DNA of 64,000 bases from an uncultured Syntrophaceae bacterium. GTDB taxonomy: Bacteria; Desulfobacterota; Syntrophia; Syntrophales; UBA5619. The stretch's first letter is position 1. Every line of letters starts with the position of its first letter. The notes below the pieces were generated by a model. It was given only the letters and a program-made list of their open reading frames with translations, did not search any database and was not told where the DNA came from. The stretch spans positions 34,508 to 98,507 of the forward strand of contig CAZWTL010000004.1 in assembly GCA_964637025.1 (NCBI GenBank), read 5' to 3'. Below, one piece after another: positions 1-8,465 of the stretch. Made by a program: the position numbers and the translations under genes.

Positions 1-386
1 GTCAGCCATTCGCGGAGCTGTTTCCCCACGTCGGGATAGAGGGGGGTCTTCTGCAATTTGTCCACGGGAACCCAGGCGATGTCGAGGGAGTGGGTGTGGT
101 CCGGCCGGACCTTGGGGGTCCCGCGGATCTCGACGGCCTCGAAAACGACGTGCAGGGTCTGGGGATGGCGCTTGGTGGCGGGCGCCTCGCCGATCATGAT
201 GACATCACCGACATCGAGTTTGACCCCGAGTTCGTCCCGCCATTCATCCACGATCGCCTCACGCAGCGGTTTGTCTTGATCCACGCCCCCGCCGGGCAGG
301 GAGAACACCTCCTTGCCGCCATAGACGTACTTCATACAGAGAATCTCCCCGTCCCTCTCGAATACCGCCGATACCCTGACCCGCAT
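1..386 (-). CDS. NUDIX-fold hydrolase, partial (runs off left edge; absent from ORF track)
   Basis: Manual translation from ATG at 386 (AAGGAGG RBS upstream): MRVRVSAVFERDGEILCMKYVYGGKEVFSLPGGGVDQDKPLREAIVDEWRDELGV..., a Nudix-box-like LPGG..E...ELG pattern; open to the window edge. Confidence 0.75.
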   Translation of the reverse strand, partial: MRVRVSAVFERDGEILCMKYVYGGKEVFSLPGGGVDQDKPLREAIVDEWRDELGVKLDVGDVIMIGEAPATKRHPQTLHVVFEAVEIRGTPKVRPDHTHSLDIAWVPVDKLQKTPLYPDVGKQLREWL

Positions 387-494
387 AAATCCTCCTTTAC
401 CCTCTCATCACGGGCGATCAAAAGCCGGGCCGGGCGGCCCGGGTTCAGCCCCGATCCCTTCCCTTGCGCATTGGGGCAGCACAGGCTGCCGCCT

Positions 495-1577
495 TCACCG
501 TTGAATGCGGGCCGACCCGCCTCTGGCGAACGCGTGGACCTGTTCCGCCGTCGCCATGGTCGTGTCGCCCGGAAATGTCGTCAACAGCGCGCCGTGCGCC
601 CAGCCCAGATCGACCGCCTCCTGTTCCGGCAAGCCGCTGAGCAGGCCATGGAACAGGCCCGACGCGAAGCCGTCCCCGCCGCCGACACGGTCATGGACGT
701 CCAGGTCGCAGACCGGCGAAATGTAGGTCCGGCCGTCGATCCAGGCCACGGCGCCCCAACGGTGCCGGTTGGCCGAATGGACTTCCCGCAGGGTCGTCGC
801 CACGATCTTGATCCGCGGGAATTTCCCGATGACATGGTCGATCATCCCCAGGAAGGCGCCGGGATCGAGTTTGGACTTCGCCTCGATTTCAGGACCGGGA
901 ATTCCGAGCCCCAGCTGCAAGTCCTCCTCGTTTCCGACCAGCACGTCCACATGCTCGACGATGCCCCTGACGACCGACTGCGCCCGTTCCGCCCCGCCCC
1001 GCAGGTTCCAGAGTTTGCCCCGATAGTTCATGTCGAACGAAACCGTTGCCCCCGCATTCCGGGCGGCCTTCATCCCTTCGACGACCAGATCGCCGGTGGT
1101 TTCCGACAACGACGCGAAGATGCCGCCGCTGTGGAACCAGCGAACGCCGCCGGCAAAGATCGACTTCCAGTCGAAATCGCCCGGCTTGAGACGGGCCGCC
1201 GCCTCGTTGGCGCGGTTGTAGAATACGACGGGCGGCCGAACGCCCTGCCCGCGGTCGCTGAAAACGGTGGCCATGTTGGGTCCGGTCGCGCCGTCGTGCT
1301 TGAAACGTTTGTAGAACGGTTTGACCCCCATCGCCCGGACCCGCTCCGCGATCAGATCGCCGACGGGATAATCCACCATGGCGGTGACGATGCCGGTCCT
1401 CATGCCGAAGCAGTCGGACAGGTTGGCCGCGCAGTTGAATTCGCCGCCGCTGACATGAATCGCGCAGTGCGTCGCCTTCCGGAACGGCACAATCCCGGGG
1501 TCCAGCCGGTGAACCAGCGCCCCGATGGAAAGGAAATCCAGGGCGCCCTCGCTGGGGATGTTCAGGCCGTATCGCAT
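495..1577 (-). CDS. kdgK: PfkB-family sugar kinase, 2-keto-3-deoxygluconate kinase-like
   Basis: GGEFNCAANL, YNRANEAAA, HSGGIFASLS, DRVGGGDGFASG motifs typical of KDG kinases. Confidence 0.8.
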   Translation of the reverse strand: MRYGLNIPSEGALDFLSIGALVHRLDPGIVPFRKATHCAIHVSGGEFNCAANLSDCFGMRTGIVTAMVDYPVGDLIAERVRAMGVKPFYKRFKHDGATGPNMATVFSDRGQGVRPPVVFYNRANEAAARLKPGDFDWKSIFAGGVRWFHSGGIFASLSETTGDLVVEGMKAARNAGATVSFDMNYRGKLWNLRGGAERAQSVVRGIVEHVDVLVGNEEDLQLGLGIPGPEIEAKSKLDPGAFLGMIDHVIGKFPRIKIVATTLREVHSANRHRWGAVAWIDGRTYISPVCDLDVHDRVGGGDGFASGLFHGLLSGLPEQEAVDLGWAHGALLTTFPGDTTMATAEQVHAFARGGSARIQR

Positions 1578-1589
1578 CTCCTTCTCCTC

Positions 1590-3068
1590 TTATCCGTTAT
1601 CGTCTTTCTTCCAGACGGTGGATGTCGCGCCGCCTCCGCGTCCGGTCCAGTCGGTATGGAAGTACTCGCCCCGGGGCCTGTCGACGCGCTGGTAGGTGTG
1701 CGCGCCGAAATAATCGCGCTGCGCCTGGAGCAGGTTCGCCGGCAGCGATCCGCGCCGGTATCCGTCGAAAAACGTCAGAGCGCTGGATATCGCCGGTGCC
1801 GGGATGCCCTTCCGGACCGCCTTGGAGACGACGCGCCGCCACCCTGCCTGCGCCGCGTCGATCTGCCCCGAAAAGTAGGGGTCCAGGAGCAGGTTCGTGA
1901 GTTGCGGGTTCCGTTCGAAGGCCTCCCTGATCCGGCCCAGGAAGGCCGACCGGATGATGCAGCCGCCCCGCCACATGAGCGCTATGCCGCCGTAGTTGAG
2001 ATTCCAGCCGTACGCCTTGGCGGCGGCGCGCATCAACATGTAGCCCTGGGTATACGAGATGAGCTTCGAAGCGTAGACCGCCTCTTCCAGATCACGGATG
2101 AACGCCTTCCGCTCCCCGGCGATACGGGACGGGGGTCCCGCAAGCACGGAGGACGCTGCGACGCGCTCGTCCTTCAGCGCTGAAAGCGCGCGGCCCAGCA
2201 CCGCCTCGACGATCATCGTCAGCGGGACGCCCTGTTCCAGCGCGGAAATGCCGGTCCATTTGCCCGTCCCCTTCTGTTCGGCGGCATCGAGGATCTTGTC
2301 CACCAGCGGCCGGCCGTCCTCGTCCCGGTATGCGAGGATGTCGCGCGTGATCTCGATCAGGTAAGAATCGAGCCGGCCCCGGTTCCAGTCCGCAAAGACC
2401 TCGTGCATCCGAGGCACCTTCATTGCGAGGCCTTCCCGCATCAGATGATACGCCTCGCCGATCAATTGCATGTCGCCGTATTCGATGCCGTTGTGAACCA
2501 TCTTGACATAGTGGCCCGCGCCGTTTTCCCCGACCCATTCGCAGCACGGCGCGCCGTCCGCCCGGGCTGCGATCCCCTGGAAAATCGCCTGGACGTGCCG
2601 CCACGCAGCTGGAGATCCCCCGGGCATGATCGATGGGCCGCGCCGCGCGCCCTCCTCGCCGCCCGAGACGCCGGTCCCGATATAGAGGAGCCCTTTCGAC
2701 TCGACCTGCGCAACGCGGCGGATCGTGTCGTTGTAATTCGAGTTGCCGCCGTCGATGATTACGTCCCCCCTGTCCAGAAGCGGGATCAGCTTGCCGATGA
2801 AAACGTCCACCGCCGGACCGGCCTGAACCATCAGCATCACGCGGCGGGGCCTTTTCAGCATGCCCGCCAATTCCCTGAGCGAATGGGCGCCCTGGATCCG
2901 CCTGCCCCGGGCCCCGCCGCCGAGAAATTCGTCCACCTTGGAGACGGTGCGGTTGAAAACCGCCACCGAAAAACCGTGGTCGTCCATGTTCAAAGCCAGG
3001 TTCTGCCCCATGACCGCCAAGCCGATCAGACCGATATCCGCCTTTTTCGCCGTTGCCTCTCTCTTCAA
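1590..3068 (-). CDS. gnd: NADP-dependent 6-phosphogluconate dehydrogenase (decarboxylating)
   Basis: IGLIGLAVMGQNLALN, GVSGGEEGA, GHYVKMVHNGIEYGDMQ, QRDYFGAHTY; TTG start. Confidence 0.97.
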   Translation of the reverse strand: MKREATAKKADIGLIGLAVMGQNLALNMDDHGFSVAVFNRTVSKVDEFLGGGARGRRIQGAHSLRELAGMLKRPRRVMLMVQAGPAVDVFIGKLIPLLDRGDVIIDGGNSNYNDTIRRVAQVESKGLLYIGTGVSGGEEGARRGPSIMPGGSPAAWRHVQAIFQGIAARADGAPCCEWVGENGAGHYVKMVHNGIEYGDMQLIGEAYHLMREGLAMKVPRMHEVFADWNRGRLDSYLIEITRDILAYRDEDGRPLVDKILDAAEQKGTGKWTGISALEQGVPLTMIVEAVLGRALSALKDERVAASSVLAGPPSRIAGERKAFIRDLEEAVYASKLISYTQGYMLMRAAAKAYGWNLNYGGIALMWRGGCIIRSAFLGRIREAFERNPQLTNLLLDPYFSGQIDAAQAGWRRVVSKAVRKGIPAPAISSALTFFDGYRRGSLPANLLQAQRDYFGAHTYQRVDRPRGEYFHTDWTGRGGGATSTVWKKDDNG

Positions 3069-3070
3069 AG

Positions 3071-4336
3071 TCAGCCTCCGCCCGACAGACGATAGAGGAT
3101 CTCTCCGGCGCGGTCCACGAACAGGACGCCGTCATCCTCGCGGCCGGCATAATCCTCGATCCGGATCTTGGCCGGGTCCATCCATCCCAGGCCGATCCGC
3201 CGACATCTCTCCTCCGGAATGGCCGTGGCCAGTACCACCCTGACGTCAGGCGTCTCGATCCCGTTTTCATAGCAGCCGGTTCCGCAAACGTGCGTCGAAT
3301 GGGCTGCGACGCCCCGGGGAACCTTGCAGAGGAGATCCGGCCGGGCGAGGAAATAGTCGCGCACGTGGTAGCCGATCCGTTCGATCTGATCCCCCCAGGA
3401 CGAGGAAAGCTCGTGGATGTGCGGGGCATAGACGATCAGCGTGCCGCCCGGCTCCACGACCTGCTCCAGCTTGTAGACCACCTTGCCGGCAGTCCAGATC
3501 TCGTCGTACATCCCAGGCGCCCGGCCAAGGACCGTCCGGAAAGCACGCTCCTTCTCCACGATGTGGTGCACCGCCGACAGATCCGCGGCGGCTGACCAGG
3601 CCTCTCTCGCGTCGCCGGTGAACAGGCCGCGCAACCGGGCCTTTGAATCAACCACCATCGCCAGGCAATGGATCGGCCGATCGATGAGCCCCATCGCCCT
3701 GTGGATCACCTCCCGTACGGGCGTCTCCTTCCGGCCGATGATCTTGCGGCAGGTCATCAGCGCCCCCAGCCAGTGGAAAAAATGGAGGAACTCGCCGCCG
3801 GAGACGCCGGGGAAAAGGTACTTGGCCCCCCCGGAAAACCCGGCCACCTCGTGGGGGAAGACCGGCCCGAGAATGACGAGCAGGTCGTAGTCGAAAACGG
3901 CCCGGTTGATGTCGATCGGCACCCGTTCCCGCAGCAGGCCCCCTGAAACCGCGTCCGATTCCTCCTCGGAGAGCTCGCCGATCCGCCGGAAGGTATCCGG
4001 CCGATCCCAGCGGTGACAGGAAAACGAGGACGACCGGAAGAGGCCCCCTGGGTCCGCGCCGCCGATTCCGTAAAGCGTCAGGATCTCCTCGGCCGCCATC
4101 ACGGGGTGGGTCCCCAGGGCCACCATGAAATCGAGTCTCTCGGCCCTGGATCCGATCACCTCCGCCAGCAGCCGGACCATCATCGGCAGGGGGCATGTCC
4201 TCGTTCCATCCGGGGTCAAAACCAGAACGCGTTTGCCCGCATACAGGGAAGGAGGGGTCTGGGCGGCGATGAGTTCCCGAACCTTCTGTTCCGTCAGGAC
4301 CGGTCCGTTCCCGCCGCTGCGTTCGATTCCGCTCAT
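3071..4336 (-). CDS. LarA-family (nickel-pincer cofactor) racemase/epimerase
   Basis: PDGTR, ALGTH, FPHEVAGFSGGAK, FHW, TAGK motifs match LarA catalytic positions; start moved to ATG 4336 (MSGIER). Confidence 0.85.
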   Translation of the reverse strand: MSGIERSGGNGPVLTEQKVRELIAAQTPPSLYAGKRVLVLTPDGTRTCPLPMMVRLLAEVIGSRAERLDFMVALGTHPVMAAEEILTLYGIGGADPGGLFRSSSFSCHRWDRPDTFRRIGELSEEESDAVSGGLLRERVPIDINRAVFDYDLLVILGPVFPHEVAGFSGGAKYLFPGVSGGEFLHFFHWLGALMTCRKIIGRKETPVREVIHRAMGLIDRPIHCLAMVVDSKARLRGLFTGDAREAWSAAADLSAVHHIVEKERAFRTVLGRAPGMYDEIWTAGKVVYKLEQVVEPGGTLIVYAPHIHELSSSWGDQIERIGYHVRDYFLARPDLLCKVPRGVAAHSTHVCGTGCYENGIETPDVRVVLATAIPEERCRRIGLGWMDPAKIRIEDYAGREDDGVLFVDRAGEILYRLSGGG

Positions 4337-4352
4337 GGACCCATGACCGCTG

Positions 4353-4865
4353 TCAGGGCATCTCCTCCCGCTGTCGGAGGAGACGTTCATAGACCGCCAG
4401 ATCCTGCCGGGAGAAACAGCAGAAGATCACCTCCGGAGGATCCGCCAGGGAGGCGTCCGCGTCCTTCACGGCATCCACGGCGATCCGGGCCGCCTCTTCG
4501 ATCGGATATCCGTAGATGCCCGTGCTGATGGAGGGGAACGCAATCGATCGCAAACCTTTCTCCACAGCGAGCGCCAACGATCTCCGGTAGCAGCTCGCCA
4601 GGAGTTCCGCCTCGCCCCTTCCGCCGCCGCGCCAGACCGGCCCCACCGTATGGATGACGAATCGGGCCGGTAGCCGGTATCCAAAGGTGATTTTGGCATC
4701 CCCCGTATCGCAGCCCCCGAGCTTCCGGCATTCCTCAAGAAGTTCGGGTCCGGCCGCGCGGTGGATGGCGCCGTCCACACCGCCTCCCCCGAGAAGCGAG
4801 CGGTTGGCCGCATTGACGATCGCATCCACGTTGAGCGTGGTGATGTCCGCTTGCACCGCTTTCAT
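4353..4865 (-). CDS. Macro-domain O-acetyl-ADP-ribose deacetylase (YmdB-like)
   Basis: [29 protein letters not shown] and [15 protein letters not shown]; start at [10 protein letters not shown]. Confidence 0.95.
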   Translation of the reverse strand: MKAVQADITTLNVDAIVNAANRSLLGGGGVDGAIHRAAGPELLEECRKLGGCDTGDAKITFGYRLPARFVIHTVGPVWRGGGRGEAELLASCYRRSLALAVEKGLRSIAFPSISTGIYGYPIEEAARIAVDAVKDADASLADPPEVIFCCFSRQDLAVYERLLRQREEMP

Positions 4866-5294
4866 GGCTCCATCCTTCAGCTCCCCATGGTCCACCTCCG
4901 GTCCCTGGAATTGCCCACGAGAGGCAAAGGCCGAACCCGGCAGAACACCGTATGTTCTATTCTATTGCGTAATGCCAACCCCCTTTGTCAAGGAAAATGT
5001 TCCCGGACCCCTTCCCCGGCGGGAAGCTCCTCGATTTTGCATTGCATGTGGGAATGTTTCAGGAGAGGCCCGGGTCCGGAGCTCGTCGGCAGACCCTGCC
5101 GCTGAACGCGCACCGCTTGCGGAAGCAAGGAGGTCCGCCCCGGGCGCGCGAAGCGGGATGCGATCATCAAGGCGCCGGCGGTTTCGGCACCCCATCCGGC
5201 CTCAGCCGAAGGGCGGGAAATCCGCTGCCCTGTCGGGGCGTGCGGAGATTTCGCCTGCTGGTCCGACCTCAGCGCGGCGGCCGTTTGCTGGAAC

Positions 5295-6161
5295 TCATTT
5301 TGAAGGCGACGGCCGCGTGTTCCATCCGAGGACGGCAAGCTGCAGCCGGTCCGCCATCCGCGCGGGAAGCAGCCTGAAGACGGCGAGAACCGCATAGGTG
5401 CGAAGGGGCACGACACGGCGCACCGGCGGCCGGGGCCCCACGATCGCCCGTTCGACCGCCCGGGAGACGCATTCCGGCCCGACTCCGATCCAGTCGAATC
5501 CCTTGCGAATCCTTTCCACCCTTCGGAAAAGCCGGGCGTATGGAGAGTCCGGAGCGCCGCACTTGCCGATGGTCTTCATCGCGCGCTCGGCGAACTCCGT
5601 GCGGACGATTCCCGGTTCGATCAGAATCAGCCTGAGGCCGAACGGATAGAGTTCGCGGCGCAATGCGTCCGAAAGGGATTCAACGGCGTACTTCGAGGCG
5701 TTGTAGGCCCCCATGATCGGAAACGTGATCCGGCCGCCGGCGCTCCCGATGTTGACGATCCGTCCGGCTCCGCGCTCCCGCATTTTCGGCACAAAGGCCC
5801 TGGTCACGGCCATCAGGCCGAATACGTTTGCGTCGAACTGGGCGCGAAGATCGTTGTCGGAGATCATCTCCAGAGGTCCAAGCACGCCGTAACCCGCGTT
5901 GTTGACGAGGGCGTCGAGTCCATAGCCTTGGGTCCGCCTGTCCACCTCGGCCACGGCGGCGCTGATGGACCCGGCGTCCGTGACGTCCAGCACGAAGGTG
6001 TCGAGCGGCCCGTCTCCGGCCTCGGCCTTTAACGCACGGAGCGATTCGCTCCGGCGACCCGTCGCGAAAACGTGAAAGCCTCGATCCGCGAGATGAAGGG
6101 CGGTATGGCGGCCGATTCCCGCGGTCGCCCCCGTAATCAGTACAACCGGTCCCCGACCCAT
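5295..6161 (-). CDS. Classical short-chain dehydrogenase/reductase
   Basis: TGATAGIG, NNAG, YNASK; GGAGG upstream of ATG 6161; the long N-terminal extension in the ORF track is spurious. Confidence 0.9.
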   Translation of the reverse strand: MGRGPVVLITGATAGIGRHTALHLADRGFHVFATGRRSESLRALKAEAGDGPLDTFVLDVTDAGSISAAVAEVDRRTQGYGLDALVNNAGYGVLGPLEMISDNDLRAQFDANVFGLMAVTRAFVPKMRERGAGRIVNIGSAGGRITFPIMGAYNASKYAVESLSDALRRELYPFGLRLILIEPGIVRTEFAERAMKTIGKCGAPDSPYARLFRRVERIRKGFDWIGVGPECVSRAVERAIVGPRPPVRRVVPLRTYAVLAVFRLLPARMADRLQLAVLGWNTRPSPSK

Positions 6162-6277
6162 TTTCTCCATCCTCCACCCCTGAAGTGGAATGGCCTGTTG
6201 AAATAGCCCGCGACCCCATCCCTTCAGCCGCAAACGCCGAGGTCTAGGGTATCGTCTTCTGTGCCGGGCAGCCGATT

Positions 6278-7174
6278 TCAGACAACGTACAAGGCACATG
6301 CCGCCGAGAGGCCGGATCCGGCGGCGATGAACAGGATGCGGTCGCCCCGCTTCAAAAGCCCTTTTCCCGCCAGATCGTGGTAACCCAGTGTCAATGAGGA
6401 CGTATGGGGGTCTCCGTACGTCTCGCACAGATCCACCACCCGGGCGCGTCCCTTCGGGTCCACGAAGCGGGCGATTTCCGCGCCGAATCCCTTCGCGGGC
6501 TGAGACGTCACAATGAAATCGATGTGGTCCGGCTTGTCCGCCCCCGACGGGAACCACTCCCCGATCATGGCGGCGGTGAAATCGGAAAGCCGGTCACGGT
6601 AACCATCCTCGACGAGGTAGTCCATGCATTCCCTGCCCCGGCGGCCGTTCTCCGTCAGATTGACATGGGCGGAAAATCCGTGGCCGCCGCTGCCGGACGT
6701 CGCGCAATGGAAACGGGAAAATCCTTGACTATCCTCTTCAGAACGGGTGAGCAACACCGCGGCGGCCACGCTTTGAAACGGGAAATCGGGCCGGGGGGAC
6801 TTCGAGGGATGAATATCGCCCGACACAATGAGCGCCGATTGCGAAGAGCCCGCTTTGAAAAGGGTGTCGACAACCCTGGCTGCCGTGATGAGGCCGCAAT
6901 CCCCGTCGTTGATGTCGAAGGACAGCGTGGTTTTCCGCATCGGCTCCTCGGCGGTCGGGTCGAGGTTCATGCCCAGTTGCTGCTGGATCAGGGTCGCCAT
7001 CGCCGGTTCGATGATGTTGTCGTCGCGGAAGACCCCGACATTGATGAGAAGGTCGACATCCTCCATCGCCATCCGGGCCCGTGCCAGGCAATTCCGCGCG
7101 GCAAATACAGCCATGCCTACTGAACTCTGCGGGCCGTCCGGAGAGGCGAAAGAGGCCTTAATGATCGTACCCAT
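6278..7174 (-). CDS. Catalytically degenerate FabH/OleA-like ketosynthase subunit (LstB/PqsB-type partner)
   Basis: Thiolase-fold features (SFDINDGDCGL, ALIVSGD, GDRILFIAAGSG), but Asp/Ser/Asp sit at the Cys/His/Asn positions; retains ..IIEPAMA Glu; start overlaps the upstream gene's 3' end, GGAGG RBS. Confidence 0.8.
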   Translation of the reverse strand: MGTIIKASFASPDGPQSSVGMAVFAARNCLARARMAMEDVDLLINVGVFRDDNIIEPAMATLIQQQLGMNLDPTAEEPMRKTTLSFDINDGDCGLITAARVVDTLFKAGSSQSALIVSGDIHPSKSPRPDFPFQSVAAAVLLTRSEEDSQGFSRFHCATSGSGGHGFSAHVNLTENGRRGRECMDYLVEDGYRDRLSDFTAAMIGEWFPSGADKPDHIDFIVTSQPAKGFGAEIARFVDPKGRARVVDLCETYGDPHTSSLTLGYHDLAGKGLLKRGDRILFIAAGSGLSAACALYVV

Positions 7175-8204
7175 AACACGCCTCCAGCTGCCCGATCCGG
7201 GCGGATACAAAACCGATACCGATACCTGACGCCAGCGCCAGGAAGAGAATCTTCGAATGCCCCTTCAGACGCTTTTGGGAGAGATGATCGTGCAGCACCA
7301 TAAAATGGGACGTCGATGCGGTATTGCCGAATCGATCGATGCTGATCAGTGCTTCCGGCAGGACTTCCAGGTGTTTTGAACAGAGACTCAGCGCCGACTG
7401 GATGGCCCGGGTCGAGGTCTGGTGGGGGATGACATAGTCGAAATCCCTTCCCGTGAAACGATGCTTATCCATCATGAACCGAATGACCTGAGGCAGCCTC
7501 TTGATCGTTTCCCGGTGGATTTCAACCGCCTCGGCATACATGGCCAATCCGGGATTCTCATTGCTGGGCATGGCGAGACACAGATCGGCAAAACCGGCAA
7601 TGGTCAGGAAATCGCTGAAATCGATCCCTTCGCGTTCATCGGTCGTTCCATCCATGATCAATGCCACGCCCGAATCGCCGACGGTGAGCGACGCGAACTG
7701 GGGATCGATGGGTTCCCTGATCTCCTTGAGGGCCGTCTCGGAAATCGGAGTGATGCATTCTCCGCTGACAATCAGGCCATTCCGGACCGCTCCGGTCTTG
7801 ATCATATGGTTGAGGATATGGACGCCGGTGAGCATTCCTGCACATGCATTGGTGATTCCGAAACTCATCGTGTCGGACCGCATGCCCAGGCTTGTTTTCA
7901 AGAACTTGCTCATGTCCGGCTTCATCCAGAGATCGAGCCCCCCTTTGAAATTGCTGATCGAGGTGCAGATGATCACGTCCAGGTCCTTGGCGCCGTATCG
8001 GGACCTCCTCAGACAGTCTTCCGCTGCAGCCATCGCAAGGGTATAGGAATCCTGGCGATCGGACCTCCAGCGTCTCTCTTTCACGCCGGTCAGGGCCTCC
8101 AGGTCAAAAAACGGCTTGGCCGGCATCCGGTCGATCAATTCCTGCGTGGATACCGTGCGATCCGGCAGGAAAATCCCCATACTTTCGAATTGCCCCTTGA
8201 TCAT
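7158..8204 (-). CDS. 3-oxoacyl-ACP synthase III / OleA-like ketosynthase, active subunit
   Basis: Intact triad: C121 (SFGITNAC), H261 (VIPHQTS), N294 (FGNTAS). Confidence 0.9.
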   Translation of the reverse strand: MIKGQFESMGIFLPDRTVSTQELIDRMPAKPFFDLEALTGVKERRWRSDRQDSYTLAMAAAEDCLRRSRYGAKDLDVIICTSISNFKGGLDLWMKPDMSKFLKTSLGMRSDTMSFGITNACAGMLTGVHILNHMIKTGAVRNGLIVSGECITPISETALKEIREPIDPQFASLTVGDSGVALIMDGTTDEREGIDFSDFLTIAGFADLCLAMPSNENPGLAMYAEAVEIHRETIKRLPQVIRFMMDKHRFTGRDFDYVIPHQTSTRAIQSALSLCSKHLEVLPEALISIDRFGNTASTSHFMVLHDHLSQKRLKGHSKILFLALASGIGIGFVSARIGQLEACYGYDH

Positions 8205-8372
8205 GCATCCCTTCCTGTGTTCGCAACCGCGGGACCAAACGTCCCCGTTATGGTGCCGCGGGACTACAGGAAATCCCAGGCTCTGTCAAGAACATTTGGC
8301 TCCCGGGCTGGAAACGCGGACCGATTCAGAGTTTCCCGACGGCTCCGCGCCGTTCCGTTCCTGTTGTGTCCC

Positions 8373-8402
8373 TTGACCTTGAAAAGGTTTATTTCATATA
8401 CT
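8373..8402 (+). promoter_or_regulatory. sigma70-type promoter for the condensation-domain gene
   Basis: TTGACC-18 nt-TATACT, 64 nt upstream of the TTG start. Confidence 0.55.
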
Positions 8403-8465
8403 GCCGGACAGACCCATCGACCCCGATGGCGGCGTTGCCGTCCAGCGGAGAAAGGCTGACCAGGC

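Noticed and set aside
90-2183. 697-aa plus-strand ORF, and similar long ORFs at 32896-34401, 37885-39771, 49069-50556 and 60694-62664
   Set aside because: Antisense shadows of well-supported genes in high-GC DNA; no recognisable motifs.
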